64,000 bases of DNA from Octopus vulgaris (GCA_951406725.2 OX597816.1:21762001-21826000); one strand, 5' to 3'. Numbered from the stretch's first letter, positions 13,769 to 29,940 are shown. A program made the numbers and translations. The notes: a model not told the origin generated them from the sequence alone.

Positions 13769-14411
13769 ATGTTTATATCTGCATTGTGGTACTGTGTGTT
13801 ACACCTTAGAGAAGATCTAATATATATTGCTTTCGTTGTTGCTGTTATTGTTTACAGCACCTTCGTTTTTAATGTGTGGGCATCGGTTACTTCGGAGGAA
13901 TTTGATGTCAACACTATACAGTAATCAATTAAAGTGTATCCTTGCTACAAACAGTTTTTCACATCTGCATCTGTCCATATTGTATAATTTTCTACAAGAT
14001 GACGTTCGGTACTTCTGCTGTTTCGATAGTTCCTAATACCACCTCAAGATCAGATCAAGTATTATACTTTAATCTACTTGTGATTCTGTTGTCTTTGTGT
14101 CTCAAGGGTGTCTATTGTTATGACGATACTTTTGTTTCTCTTCCTTGAATCACTACGTATTTCGCTTGAAAAATTCAATGAAATGTTCTTGACCAGAGCA
14201 GGGACAGGGCTTCATTCACCAAATATTGATGTTGTTCTTTGTTTTTGTTTCTTCTGTTCTTTCGGTTTTCTATAAAAGTAAGGTATAAAATTAACGAATC
14301 AGATAACATATTTGGTTGCAATATTCCATATTAGATATTACTGATTTGAAGGGATAAAGTATTTCGTTCTGAAACTATAATAAACTACAAAGTATGTTAA
14401 ACATTTTTATA

Positions 14412-14580
14412 AGGGCGTAGAGGTGGCTTTGTGGTAAGTAGCTTATTACCAACCACATGGTTCCGTGTTCATTCCCACTGAGTGGCATCTTGGACAAGTG
14501 TCTTCTACTGTAGCCCGAGGACTTGTGAGTGGATTTTGTTGACGGAAGCTGAAAGAAGCCCGTAGTATATATGTATATAG

Positions 14581-14615
<35 letters not shown>

Positions 14616-14830
14616 TGTGTGTCTGTGTTTGTACCCCAACCAACATCTCTTGACAACTGATGCCGGTGTCTTTACGTCCCCGTAACTTAGCTGTTCGGGA
14701 AAAGAGAACAATAGAATATGTACAAGGCTTACAAAGAATAAGTCCTGGGGTCGATTTGCTTGACTAAAGATGGTGCTCCAGCATGTCCACAGTCAAATGA
14801 CTGAAACAAATAAAAGTGTAAAAGACTAAG
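14412..14830 (+). mobile_element. SINE family A
   Basis: Full-length match with internal (TG)n. Confidence 0.9.
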
Positions 14831-15342
14831 TCTATGCTCTTTTCTACTGTGTTAGCAGTGCTATTGAATTGAACCACTTGTTAAGGTTATCTATGCAGAT
14901 TTTCTATAGAAATCATAGCCAGCAATGATTTTCTTACGAAGTCTCGTAACGTTAATTAGTGATCCATATTAGATGTACAAGAAGAATGCCGGCGAGTTTT
15001 AGTATCAGATTACTCAGTGTCAGTTCGTTGCTTCAAATCCCTGGTAGCGTTTGGTTGCACTGTGTAGCATACTTTCCACTACATTTACTTAATTCTCCGA
15101 ACTACCAGAAACAGCAAATAACTGTTAAACTTAGCACAATTAATGACGTCAAACAGCAATTGTATGTACAAATAATGGAACCTGGCTCTTATATCTCAAT
15201 TACATTAATGATAACATAATATGCTGCCTTGACTGATTAAATCTACTACACTGAATAAAAAATACATATTGTATATTATGAAGGGTTTATATATAAATCT
15301 TGTACATAAATCCCACTTCTCACAGATAACATTAATTTTTAA

Positions 15343-15395
15343 CGGCGGTGCATCAGCATGGCCACAGCTCTGAGCTAAACTTTAATAAAAAAAAA
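15343..15395 (+). mobile_element. Orphan LINE 3' tail with poly(A)
   Basis: GGCGGTGCATCAGCATGGCCACAGCTCTGAGCT matches the LINE terminus at 5161-5210. Confidence 0.7.
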
Positions 15396-15478
15396 TTAAT
15401 ATAAATCTTCAACTTTGAATAAAAGAGACATATTGAATATTATGAAGGGTTTATTATGTAAAAATCCTTCATAAAATA

Positions 15479-16043
15479 TTGGGATGTCCGGAAAGTTCGT
15501 GCCGATTTTTAAAGGAAAGAAAAAGGTCAACAAATACTTGCCATTACATTTTAATCAGCCAAGTATGAACCATTTTGTTGCACAATGCACCTCCATCTTT
15601 TCTTCAACTTGAAAATACCCTCTTCCCAGAATTGAGGTGGTTTCATGGCAAAGAATTCACCGAGGTATCTTTTTACGTCATTCAAGGAATTGAAATTTTT
15701 ACCATTTAGATTATTCTGCAGAGACCTGAATAAATGGAAATCCAAAGGAGCAATATCTGATGAATATGGAGGGTGGGGTAACACATCCCAGCCGAGCTGT
15801 AGCAATTTTTGTCTGGTTCCCAAAGCATCAAGTACCGAAAATGAACTTTCTTATCTTCCATTTTAAAGGGTTACAGAATTAACACAGGTCATAGGAACAT
15901 AAACCTTCTTCCACGAAAAGATAGCTTAAACTGTATTTTAAATGGAGGTGTAGTCAAATCCTATTTCATGGACTCAACCATGTTCTAGAATATGTCGAAA
16001 GGTAAGCTACTATAAATCGGCACGAACTTTCCGGACAACCCAA
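15479..16043 (-). mobile_element. Internally deleted mariner transposon
   Basis: 30-bp TIRs TTGGGATGTCCGGAAAGTTCGTGCCGATTT / AAATCGGCACGAACTTTCCGGACAACCCAA, TA TSD; transposase C-terminus LPHPPYSSDIAPLDFHLFRSL (15551-15823). Confidence 0.93.
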
Positions 16044-16389
16044 TACAATTTCAAATTTCCCTTCAAGTTTGAAAAAGGAATTCATATAATTTCTTTGTCG
16101 GTGTTTCCTCGATGCTTTAGATGTTTCGCATGTTCTGAGAGTCTGCTGATATTCCCTAGAGAGTTTTATAATTGTGTAAAGAATGGTGAGTTCGGTCCGT
16201 GGAGTGCTTGGTCTTCACAAACCCTGTATCCAAGCTACAACTCTGATGGTGTTGGGAAGATCCACCTAATCAAAGAGCGCTATCGGGGCCACAATTTGTG
16301 ATGATCTGCTTTCTTTCGTTTTCAGTGTATGAAGGATCGTGACACGACCCTTGAAATTTGAAGCCGTCGAAAGAATTTGAACTCATAAT

Positions 16390-16968
16390 TTTTTCTACTG
16401 TAGGCAAAAGGCCTGAAATTTGGGGGAGGGGACCAGTCGATTAGATCGACCCCAGTGCGTAAATGGTACTTAATTTATCGACCCCGAAAGGATGAAAGCC
16501 AAATCAACCTCGGCGGAATTTGAACTCAGAACGTAAAGACGGACGAAATACATATTTCTTTACTACCCACAAAGGGTTAAACACAGAGGAGACAAACAAG
16601 GACAGACAAACGGATTAAGTCGATTATATCGACCCCAGTGCGTAACTGGTACTTAATTTATCGACCCCGAAAGGATGAAAGGCAAAGTCGACCTGCGCGG
16701 AATTTGAACTCAGAACGTAGCGGCAGAGGGAATAACTATTTATTTACTACCCACAAGGGGCTAAACACAGAGAGGACAAACAAGGACAGACAAACGGATT
16801 AAGTCGATTATATCGACCCCAGTGCGTAACTGGTACTTAATTTATCGACCCCAAAAGGATGAAAGGCAAACTCGACCTCGGCAGAATTTGAACTCAGAAC
16901 GTAGCGGCAGATGAAATAACGCAAAGCATTTCCCCCGGTGTGCTAACGATTCTGCCAGTTTATCGCCT
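16390..16968 (-). mobile_element. SINE family B trimer
   Basis: Three tandem units of about 180 bp, one head, alternative terminal tail. Confidence 0.9.
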
Positions 16969-17737
16969 TGGACTCAGAATGCAATAATACGATACACAAT
17001 ATATCATATTCTCCGCTGGAGCAATATCACTAGTCTTTGTACTGATATAATATTTATTCACTGACTTAAAAGAAATCATTTACTAAGTTAAAGAAGTACT
17101 GTGAATGTGGTACTTTAGTATTATCTTTATTTTCTCTATCACATTATCGATGTAGTAACATAATGCAGCGCAGATAGAGTGCAAGTTACTTAGTCACAGT
17201 TCGTGGGTTCAAATATCTGGCAGGCATTTCTTTGTGTTGCGTAGTACACGTTTGAGTAAACTACGTTAATTAACCTTGCTATCCGGAATAGCAGTTAGAT
17301 AAATTAAGAATGTTTACCGTGTCATATTGAAGGGAAATATATATATATATTTATCTGACAGCAGATTGATACCATTAAACAGAAGCAGCTATGACAAAAA
17401 CAATAAAGCAATTTAAAAGCTTCTCATCGGCTTAAAAGCCTACATTTATATCATCATCTATCATTATTTGTTTTTAGGTCTGATATCTCAAAACAATGCG
17501 AATCAAGTATAAATATTTATGAAAGCTAGCAGTCTACTACATATAGTCATTCGTCTGCTTTCTTTCTTGAGAGAACTATTGATACTATCATTATCAAGAT
17601 GTGTTGACGACCATTCATAACATATGAGCCTTAGGAGTTTAAAGTGAAATAACAAATGAGAATTTAAAACAGGTTACAAACTTAGCTTCTTTCTAACTTT
17701 CCGTCTCTCCACTCCGATGCTCACAGATATGAACCTA

Positions 17738-18260
17738 TACAGGTTGGCCCAAAAGTAGGTTTACAGTTATTCAACTATCTCTTTTGCATTCATATATTAG
17801 CATTTTTGTGGAGGCGCAATGGCCCAGGTGTTAGGACAGCGGACTCGCTGTCGTAGGATCGCGGTTTCGATTCCCAGACCGAGCGTAGTGAGTGTTTATT
17901 GAGGGGAAACACCTAAAAGCTCCACGAGGCTCCGGCAGGGGGTGGTGATCCCTGCTGTACTCTTTCACCACTCTTTCTTCTGTTCGCCTGCTCGCTTAGC
18001 CAGCGGGGTGGCGTCATTCAAAGGCTAAAACAATGCGAACGCATTGTGACCTGCGATGTATAGCAACATCAGATGGTCTTGTCGATCACGTGATATTAAC
18101 ATTTTAGATCTTAACTATAAGAAAATATGAAACCATTATTCTATGCTAATTTAGTCAATTTTGTCACACTCCCTTTTCAGTTTGTAATTGAAATTTAAAT
18201 GTAATAAAATGTTTTAAAAGAAATTCAAAGTGCCTACGTGATAACTGTCAACCTACTTAT
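17738..18260. mobile_element. Possible Tc1/mariner-type MITE remnant hosting a SINE C
   Basis: TACAGGTTGGCCCAAAAGTAGGTTTACAGTTAT vs partial ATAACTGTCAACCTACTT, cut off by a SINE A. Confidence 0.45.
17807..18092 (+). mobile_element. SINE family C (tRNA-Arg-like head), tail type iii
   Basis: GGAGGCGCAATGGCCCAG..GGACTCGC..GGTTTCGATTCCC; 13-bp TSD ATATTA(G/A)CATTTT. Confidence 0.85.
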
Positions 18261-18261
18261 T

Positions 18262-18504
18262 TTGCTTTATTCTTTTACTTGTTTCAGTCATTTGACTGCG
18301 GCCATGCTGGAGCACCGCCTTTAGTCGAGCAAATCGACCACAGGACTTATTCTTTGGAAGCCTAGTACTTATTCTATCAGTCTCTAATGCCGAACCAATA
18401 AGTTATGGGGACGTAAATACACCAGTATCGGTTGTCAAGCGATGTTGGGGGTACGAACACAGACACACAAACATATACACACACACATACACGTATATAT
18501 ATGT

Positions 18505-18544
<40 letters not shown>

Positions 18545-18700
18545 GACGGGCTTCTTTCAGTTTCCGTCTACCAAATCCACTCACAAGGCTTTTGTCGGCT
18601 TGAGGCTATAGTAGAAGACACTTACCCAAGGTGCCACGTAGTGGGACTGAACCCGGAACCATGTTTTTCATAAGCAAGCTACCACACAGCCACTCCTGCA
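18262..18700 (-). mobile_element. SINE family A
   Basis: Full-length reverse-complement match. Confidence 0.9.
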
Positions 18701-19069
18701 ACATTAATAGAAGAGCTTAGAATTTCATAGTTACAAGATTCATGAAATTTATTATAATCAATAGTAGTTTAAAGTTAAGTGAAGTAGCAACGTACAGGAT
18801 GAAGACCAAAATATTAACTCGGTTTCTTGATTATTTTCCTAGTTTCTACTTGAACATGCTAGAATACGAATCAAACAATTGTTAACTCAGCTGTTGTTAG
18901 CTATTTTGTTTTATTGCTATTATTTTTCCGTCAGTCCTAGGACTTCTAGCCCCTCTTACGCGAGTTCCAATATCGCAACATACCCTTGAACGGGACGCCA
19001 GTCTGTCGCTGGATTGAAAGACAATAAGTTTCGAGGCGGATGGACAATTCGATTAAATTGACCTTAGTT

Positions 19070-19302
19070 AAGGCGGCGAGCTGGCAGGAACGTTACCACG
19101 CCGGGCGAAATGCGTAGCCGTATTTCGTCTGCCGTTACGTTCTGTGTTCAAATTCCGCCGAGGTCGACTTTGCCTTTCATCCTTTCGGGGTCGATTAATT
19201 AAGTACGAGTTACGCACTGGGGTCGATGTAATCGACTTAATCCGTTTGTCTGTCCTTGTTTGTCCCCTCTGTGTTTAGCCCCTTGCGGGTAGTAAAGAAA
19301 TA
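19070..19302 (+). mobile_element. SINE family B monomer
   Basis: Full match; TSD ATTGACCTTAGT on both sides. Confidence 0.9.
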
Positions 19303-19774
19303 TATATTGACCTTAGTATTCGACAGCTACTTATACTATCGACCCTGTGTAGCTGAGAGAAAGAGTTGATCTCGTTGGGATTCGAAATCAGAACGTAAAA
19401 AGCCGGGAAACTGCTACAATGTGTTTTGTTATTTCGACGTGCTATGGTTTCTGCCAGCTTGCTCACCGCATTTTCATTCTTTGCTCTATAATATTTATTA
19501 TATTAACTCTTGGTATCACATGTGTATCCCATGTGACGCACAGCACATATTTCCCTGGCGTCTATTCATCATTTATGATACACATGCCTAATTGTTTCAA
19601 CCAGCAGAGGAACATGGGACTTCATTAAGGAAAGCCTTATGTTACTCAGATTATATTAAACAAGGGATAACTTAAGAGTCGGAAAACAAGAGCAAATTTA
19701 TGAAGATTCTTTAAACAGACAAACAACAGAAAACAAAAACAAATTAGAAATGTGTGTCATTTTACAAATACTCT

Positions 19775-20600
19775 CTCTTTTTTACTCTTTTACTTGTTTC
19801 TGTCATTTGACTGCGGCTATACTGGAGCACCGTCTTTAGTCGAACAAATCGAACCCACGACTTATTCTTTGGCAGCCTAGTACTTATTCTAGCGGTCTCG
19901 GATCTTTTCGGTCCGAAAGGCAGTTTTTAACATAATTTCTAGGTAACTAAACAATTTTAAACTTCTTATACTAGTAGAATTTGTTTATAAAACATATTTT
20001 TCTCTTTATTGAGAAAATTCTATAGTTTGTAAGATATTTGTTTTTTTCTTCAATTTCTGCAATTTCAACCAATCAAATACGTCTATTGAGGTAAAAACGT
20101 TCTGTGTCGTATGAATATGTCCCTCGTTTAAGAAACAGATTGGGTTTATTTACATTTGTGAAGAAAAAAAAGATACCCTTCCCCCCACCCCTAACCCTTA
20201 CCCTAACTAACTCTAACCCTAAAACAGATTGAAATGCAATAGATCGATACTAGTGTCATAATTATAAGAATTTCATATGACACCGCTAGAAAAAACTGCC
20301 GTTCAAACCGGTAAGATCCGCGGTCTCTTTTGCCAAATCGCTAAGTTACGGGGACGAACCCCCCCCCCATCGGTTGTCAAGCGATGTTGAGGGGACAAAC
20401 ACAGACACACAAATACACACACACGTACATATATACGACAGGCTTCTTTCAGTTTCCGCCTACCAAATCCACTCACAAGGCTTTGGTTGACCCGAGGCTA
20501 TAGTAGAAGACACTTACCCAAGATTCCACGCAATTGGAATGAACCCGGAACCATGTGGCTGTTAAGCAAGCTACTTATCCACACGGCCACTCTTGCGCAG
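19775..20600 (-). mobile_element. SINE family A interrupted by a MITE
   Basis: SINE halves rejoin across the GCGGTCTC duplication. Confidence 0.88.
19900..20319 (+). mobile_element. Merlin-like MITE with TAACCC repeats
   Basis: TIR GGATCTTTTCGGT...GGCAGTTTTT / AAAAACTGCCGTTCAAACCGGTAAGATCC; 8-bp TSD GCGGTCTC. Confidence 0.85.
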
Positions 20601-21214
20601 TAATTCCGAATCAGAACGCATGAAATTGAGTCACCTCAACTATCTTCCATTTGGGCGATGATGTGAATTCTTACAAGCATGAAGTTAGTGCACTAGTTCT
20701 CCCTCCAGTGACGGTCACTTTGACTAATGTTCCAATTACACTAGCAACATTTACTAACATAGCTCAATAATATGTCACAGATGAAACGCACAATACCTTA
20801 GATGTATATCTAATTAAGGGTTAATTGAGAAAACAATCAGATCAAATTGAAGCGACACTAATATCCTAGCAAAATTAAGAATGCAGCGGGAAACAAAACC
20901 CTTTAAAGAAATTGTTTTGCAAAGTTCCTTTACGGAATTAGATTAGATAGCAAAGAATTTGGTTCGTGTTATTGCATTCGATTCTGGAATATCATTGATG
21001 GTGACGATTATTACCGCATCAACTGATTTCGTTTCTGGTGCATTGCAGAAGATGCGCATTAGATATTTTGTCATTCATGACCTTCCCAAGGTCAGTACAA
21101 CGTAAATAAATCTGGATAGATTAACGGATGGAAATCATACAGCAGTAATGTTACATGACAGGCAAGTTGTTCTTACTTCCTCGTCCTCCTCTTCCTTTCT
21201 CCATCTCTCTCTCT

Positions 21215-22950
<1,736 letters not shown>

Positions 22951-24104
22951 TATCTGGGTATGTGTATCACTCCATTATTTTTTGCGACGCTAACTACTTT
23001 TCTGAAAGGAATCTTTACTAATTTTGTGTTTTATTTTATTTTTGGTTTTAAATTGCTTCTGTTTTCTTTGTTGTTGCTGCTGCAGCATTTTATCTTTGTA
23101 GAACCGAAGATAAATGGCAATTCTTGACATCTCATTGGAGCACTTGTGCTGTGCTACTTCTACTACCACACTTCCAATACCGACACCACCGACACCACCG
23201 ACACTATTGCCAACCGACATAGACTAAGACCAATATCAAAATATTTTTTTCTTAAAAAATAAAACTATACAAAAATAAGAATACGCGTCCAAAGACCCTT
23301 TGTATAATCACACAAATACCTAAATCATTATGAGTACCAACACATCCATCGAATCAACCTCACAACCAGCCCTCACAAACTCAAACTGATACATAATTAC
23401 CAACATCAGAACAGCGTCGCCATCACTTTCACCACCAATACTAAAGTTTGTATCTCTTGCCAACCCTCCCTGCAACCACTTCCACCTTTAAACCTAGCTT
23501 CAGTTGAATGAGTCTGAAGATAACTTGATTTTTCTTTTTCGAAATACAGTATGTATTTTTTCTATTCTTCTGCTAGTGTTTGATACTTTCCTAGAAAAAA
23601 AAAACGATCTTTTTTTAGATGCTGTCTGCTTTGCTGAATTTAGTTCAAAGTCTACATTATTTTTATCACAAATCATCATCATGGTCATCATTTTATTTTA
23701 TTCATATGTATTTTATCTTATTCAGAAATCTATTTATTTTGGGGTTTTTTTTCTGTTCTTTTTTTGTTTCGTTTCGCGTCTTCAATCAACTTTTACCATC
23801 AGAAGTTATTCACTTTGTAGATACCTGACCTGCTACAAACAACAGCTGCATTCCCTCAAGTGTCTAATCTCCATTGAAAGACGTATTCAAAAATTAGTCC
23901 AAGATAACACAGATAGTAAGGGATGGCCATGGCAGAAACGTCTTTGATGATAGATCTCAATATGTGCTGAACTCTGTGTGGTGAGAACAAACAGGGTGGT
24001 CACCACCAACGCCAATACCACAACCTGCATCTTCTTCGTATCAACATCATCATCATCATCATCAATCACCATCAACATATTCTTCATCCTTTACCACCTC
24101 GTAA

Positions 24105-24405
24105 GCTCCTCTTTTTTCTTTCCTTCTCCTGTTTAAACTACCCTCCTCTCCTTCTCACTCTCCTTTCCTTCTTCTTCCTACACCTTTCCTACTCTTCCCA
24201 CTCCCCTCTCGTCTCACTCCCCTCCACCTCTTCCCACTTCCCTATTCTTCTTTTCACTTCCCTCCTCTTCCCAGTCCTCTCCTCCTGTTCACACTCTCCT
24301 CCTCTTCCAACTCCCCTCTTCCTCTTTCCACCCTTCTTCCTCTTTCCACTCCCTTCCACTTCTTCCTAACCCTTCGTCTTTTCCCATTCCCCTCTTCACC
24401 CTCAT
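24105..24405 (+). repeat. Polypyrimidine low-complexity tract
   Basis: About 300 bp, almost entirely C/T, with CCTCTTCCCACT-like units. Confidence 0.9.
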
Positions 24406-24650
24406 CATGAAAATTTGTCATCAAAGATGAAGAGTAGATCAGTTATTTGTGACGTAGATACACGGCGGGAAAATGTTGACAATATCCACACCAAACCACG
24501 AAGTTCTGAATTCTTTTAACCACTCTGAAAAGATGAAGAGCAAAACTAACCTCGAAGCGATTTGAACTAAAAGCATAAAAAAAGAAACACAGAACATATC
24601 AAAGCGATTTCCTCTGAAACTCTACTCTTGAGATACTACTGCCCTAAATG

Positions 24651-24921
24651 GATGTTGTTTGTTCCTTCTCAAGCCATGACTGGTTCATAAGGGCCGATTT
24701 CCCAGTTTCATTGGCGCAGGTGAGCTGGTAGATACAGGAGAAATGAGTGAGAGAAAGTTGTGGCTAAAGAGTCTGCAGTAGTTAACCATTACCTTCTGCC
24801 GGAGCCGCGTGGAGCTTAGGTGTTTTGCTCATAGACACACACATTGCTTGGTCTGAGATTCGAACCTGCAATTCCTCGACCGCGGGTCCGCTGCTCTAAC
24901 CACTTGGCCATCTGCTTCCAC
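24651..24921 (-). mobile_element. SINE family C, tail type i
   Basis: tRNA-like head at the right end; TSD CCCTAAATG. Confidence 0.8.
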
Positions 24922-26271
24922 ACCCTAAATGAATATTAAACCGCAAATTTTAGCACAAGGCTAGCAATTTTGGAAAGGTGTCCACTTGATTACATCGGCC
25001 CAACTGTTCAAGTGGTAGTAATTTCATCAACCCTGAAAGGATGAAAGGGAAAATCGTAATTTGAACGAAGAACGTAAAGTATTTTACTTGGCGTGTTAAG
25101 GATTGTACCACGTCCTTGCCTAGCCGTAAACTAACATTAAAATATTTTCACTTGCACGATGACGAATTGATGTGCCTGTAGCAGATCCACAAATATATAG
25201 TTCTTATTTTAGTCCAAGATTAGCAATTATGAGAAAATGGCCAAACCGATTACACTATTCGACTGATAGTTTTATTTTCCCAACCTCGAAACGTTGAAAG
25301 TTCGTCTTTGTCAGCCTTTAAACTCAGGACGTAATGCCAGAAGAAATACTGCTAAATTTGTCGTCCTCATTGCGAAGACTTACTCCACCTCGTTGCCTTA
25401 AAGACCTACTAATAAATAAAACCATTAAATATTTCAAATGTTGAACACTGAAACGTTACCAAAGACCTCATCACACTTCATTATTTTGATCGACACAATT
25501 CAACGAAAGATCTTCTACGCGGATAATCGATCTACTAGAAATGACAGCGATGTATCTATTAAATAACACTCTTAAACACTATTGTCTCCAAGAACTCTAC
25601 ATTGGTAACTCTAGTCTTTGCATTTGCAAAGAAAGAAAATTTCACGGAATATATATGATTACAGACCTTTTCAATCGGCGATGAACTGAAAATAACAGCA
25701 ACAAGCACAGCTACGATTAAGAAAACCATTATGATATTCGTGTTCGGAGTTAGCGCTGTAGCGTAGGCAAAGGCATTTCCTCTATTTACGCTCCAAACAC
25801 ATAAGTGTAATGATTTGTAATATATGTACTGAGGTACACATTTAGAAGAAATTGTATATTTGAGTCAACTATTTATAGTAGCTCATGGACGTAGATTTTA
25901 TCGATTTTTGGTCTATGGAAGGCAAAGAAGTAATCAACTGCTTTTCGGGTTTTCTTACTGAGAATTTCCGCAATCATCTTATCGAAATATATTTGTCTAA
26001 CTATCTGTCCACCCATCTACGCAGTGGGACTGAAACCGGAACCATGTGTTTGGGACGCAAGCTTCCTGGCTATATTTTATTAATAATTACGTAATAAAAT
26101 ATAACAACGAAATAACCTCGTCAAATGTGACTTGAATTGTCAAAACAATTCGAATTTGATTTATAACTGACGAAGTGGTTTGGCTATTTTGCTATATTAT
26201 ATAATCTAATAATAAGCATTAAATGGGCATTCTCATGGATATGTTCGTTCCGTAACTAATAAATTTGACTC

Positions 26272-26363
<92 letters not shown>

Positions 26364-26508
26364 ATTTCTTTATTGGCCACGCTGGGCTGAACACAGAGGG
26401 GACAAATACAGACGCAGAGCTTTTCTTTTCGAAAATGGAAACGAAAAAGGTGGGGGAGAGAAAAAAGGTAAAATTCCGATCAAGCGGCATCGGGGGGGGG
26501 GGGGGGTG

Positions 26509-26558
<50 letters not shown>

Positions 26559-26870
26559 GACACAAGCAGACAAGCATACAGATAGACAGACAGACGTATA
26601 GATAGATAGCTGGATAGACAGATTGGTGACGTTTGTGTATATTCATAGATAAAAACAGTCAAAGTTTAAAAAAGTAAAAGTCAGTAAGCCACTAAAATTT
26701 CCTGGAGTCCGTTTAATATATATTAATCCACTTAAATTTTTCTCTGATGTATTAGCCTACTTTGATAAGGTAATATCTACAGAAATTATAGTTAGCACTG
26801 GGTTTCGCTACATTTCGTATCGAGACGACAGAAGTAAACAGACAAATGTGATGGAAGATAAAAGAGAATA

Positions 26871-26923
26871 ATAGGTGTATATGTCATATTTCGGGGGCGG
26901 GGGTGCCCCTTCATCAGCCCTAT
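26871..26923 (-). ncRNA. Type I hammerhead-like motif
   Basis: ATAGGG-CTGATGA-AGGGGC accccc GCCCCC-GAAA-TATG a CATA-TA|CACCTAT. Confidence 0.6.
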
Positions 26924-27310
26924 CTAACCCACTATATTCTACAGAACTTATAGCCAGCACAGATTTTACTATACCGTTTCGTATCGCTGCGTCAGATGTA
27001 AACAGATAGTGTGATCGAAGACATTTCATATCGTCGAGACGTCAGTTGTAAACAGACAATGTGATCGAGGACAAAATAATGTAAGATCACTGCTGACGCA
27101 ATAAAACGTGGTACTGTCTTATGAAAACATTTAGTATACTTTATAGTATATTGTATTTGGATGACAAAGTACCACGTACCTACAAATCTTCATTATCTTC
27201 AATACCAGCCCAGGAATGCGTTAGATAAGTAAATTTGCCTAGCCAATAAATTAACACAGCTGCATATGGTGGCTATATAAGCAATGATTTCGGAGACAAT
27301 AGTGGGTTAG

Positions 27311-27362
27311 ATGAGTGCTGATGAGGGGGCAACAATTCCGGAAATATGGCATACATACTTTT
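27311..27362 (+). ncRNA. Degenerate hammerhead-like motif, inverted paralogue of 26871-26923
   Basis: GAGTG-CTGATGA-GGGGG caacaa TTCCG-GAAA-TATG g CATA-CA|TACTT. Confidence 0.45.
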
Positions 27363-27439
27363 GTCTTCGATCACGTTATCTCTTTACGGAACGTTGTAGC
27401 AAAAATGAGTGCTGACTATAATATCTGCAAAAATGACCT

Positions 27440-27998
27440 TTTCTACTGTAGGCACAAGACCCGGAATTTTGGGGGTGGGGGCAAGTTTATTAGATTGACC
27501 CCAGTACGCAACTCATACTTAATTTATCGACACCGAAAGAATGAAAGGCAAAGTCGACCTCGGCGGAATTTGAACTCAGAACATAGCGGCAGATGTAATA
27601 CCTATTTCTTTACTACCCACAAGAGAGGACAAACGAGGATAGACAAACGGATTAAGTCGATTATATCGACCCAGTGCGTAACTGGTACTTATTTAATCGA
27701 CCCCAAAAGGATAGAAGGCAAAGTTGACGTCGTGCGAAATTTGAACTCGGAACGTAGCGGCAGACGAAATGCCTATTTCTTTATTACCCACAAGGGGCTA
27801 AACATAGAGGGGACAAACAAGGACAGACATAGGTATTAAGTCGATTACACCGACCCCAGTGCATAACTGGTACTTAATTTATCGACCCCGAAAGGATGAA
27901 AGGCAAATTCGACCTCGGCGGAATTTGAACTCACAACGTTGCGACAGACGAAATACCGCTAAGCATTTTGCCCGGCGTGCTAACGTTTCTGCCAGCTT
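27440..27998 (-). mobile_element. SINE family B trimer
   Basis: Same architecture as 16390-16968. Confidence 0.9.
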
Positions 27999-28154
27999 TA
28001 TTAACCCTACTAGTAAAGAAAACCCCTTATGCAATTAAAAACATTTCAAAAACAGGATTCGTCTCAATACAGAGTGCAGTATACTGCATGGTGTGGTATA
28101 ATATCCCTGGTTTTCTGAAAGTCAAATAACAGGCCCGGTACTGTATAATACGGG

Positions 28155-28478
28155 AACTCCATCGGTTATGACGACGAGGGATCAAGTTAATCCGATCAAC
28201 GGAATAGTCTGTTCGTGCAATTAATGTGCAAGTGGCTGAGCACGCCATATTCAGATATACTGTTATTGTAGAAGTCAGTGGGTTTCAGCGTGACACAGAA
28301 TGTGGAAAAGCCGGCTCTTTGAATTACAGGTACTATGCATTTCTGCCATCTGAGTGGCCTGGAGCAACGTGAGATAAAAATGTCTTGCTCATGGACACAA
28401 CGCACCGCAGAGAATCGATCTCACGACCTTACGATCATGAGCCGAGTACCTCTAACCACTAAGCCACTTACTTTCACG
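28155..28478 (-). mobile_element. SINE family C variant, tail type ii, diverged
   Basis: Tail homologous to 50590-50780; tRNA-like head at about 28415-28478. Confidence 0.75.
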
Positions 28479-29378
28479 GTACTCTATAACCCATAGCTCT
28501 TATGCAAAATTCAAGTACCAGTCCTTTCACCGTCACTAAATATGTCACTTTCCTCTCTTCTTCCATTCTATAAAAAGAAACAAACACAACCAATATCTCT
28601 TCCTCTAGTTTCAAGATGTGTCACCCAACTCCAAATCCTTCCTTACATTCATTTTTTTTTTAGGGAGATAATTACCATATTTGTACACTCACCTTTGTAC
28701 CTTTGAACGAAGTTGAAGCCCAGCCATGGAACCCGACGTAGCATAGACTAGTCAGTAACGCTGCATCGTAGAAAACATTCGGACACAACCGGGTTCATTC
28801 TTTTGAAGAATCGTATTGAAAGCATCCATGTACACTTCAATATTTGCACCAACTTATTAATTTCCTGCAACTTTTAAGCTTGGCATGAGCAATTCGGCCT
28901 GATGAGTAGCTACCTAAGTACACGTTCGTTGAGTAATTATTACATCAGAGGATCTGCTAGGAAACACATGCAGCCTGGATTTTACTTGTTCCACTCCAAC
29001 AACATAGATTTTTATTCGCATTCATAGTAGTTCTATCTGCTACCTGTGAGCTATACATATCTTCTTTCGGCTTATCGAACGTCAATATGGAAAATGGATA
29101 CCACCATCGACACCAATAACTAATTATTGATCCTGAGCGTATTTTCATACCTACAATGAACTACTTGAAAGTCACAAATTTCCAACATCCAGATCATTTG
29201 ATCTTACAATTACATACAAACTTACATACATACATATACACATACGCATATACATATATAAATGTATACACATTTTCACACACACATATATATATATACA
29301 TACATATATATATATATACATATATATATACATATATATATATACATATATATATACATACATATATATGTATATATA

Positions 29379-29890
<512 letters not shown>

Positions 29891-29940
29891 TATGTGGGGG
29901 TGGATTCTGTGCAGAAAATGCATCCGATTATATGCAGGAA

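Noticed and set aside
13880-14270. Faint R4-like RT resemblance (RNLMSTLYSNQLKCILATNSF)
   Set aside because: Too weak to support without a search
16390-16968. Regularly spaced repeats resembling a CRISPR array
   Set aside because: Whole units of about 180 bp repeat with no unique spacers; eukaryotic SINE multimers, no cas genes
17807-17885. tRNA-like sequences with A/B boxes
   Set aside because: They are SINE heads continuing into shared bodies with TSDs; cloverleaf imperfect
23925-24103. His/Pro-rich coding-like frame (SPPTPIPQPASSSYQHHHHHH)
   Set aside because: In-frame TGA just upstream, and all three frames are interrupted; not called as CDS
28898-28935. CTGATGAG hammerhead-like start
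   Set aside because: No GAAA closing stem II downstream
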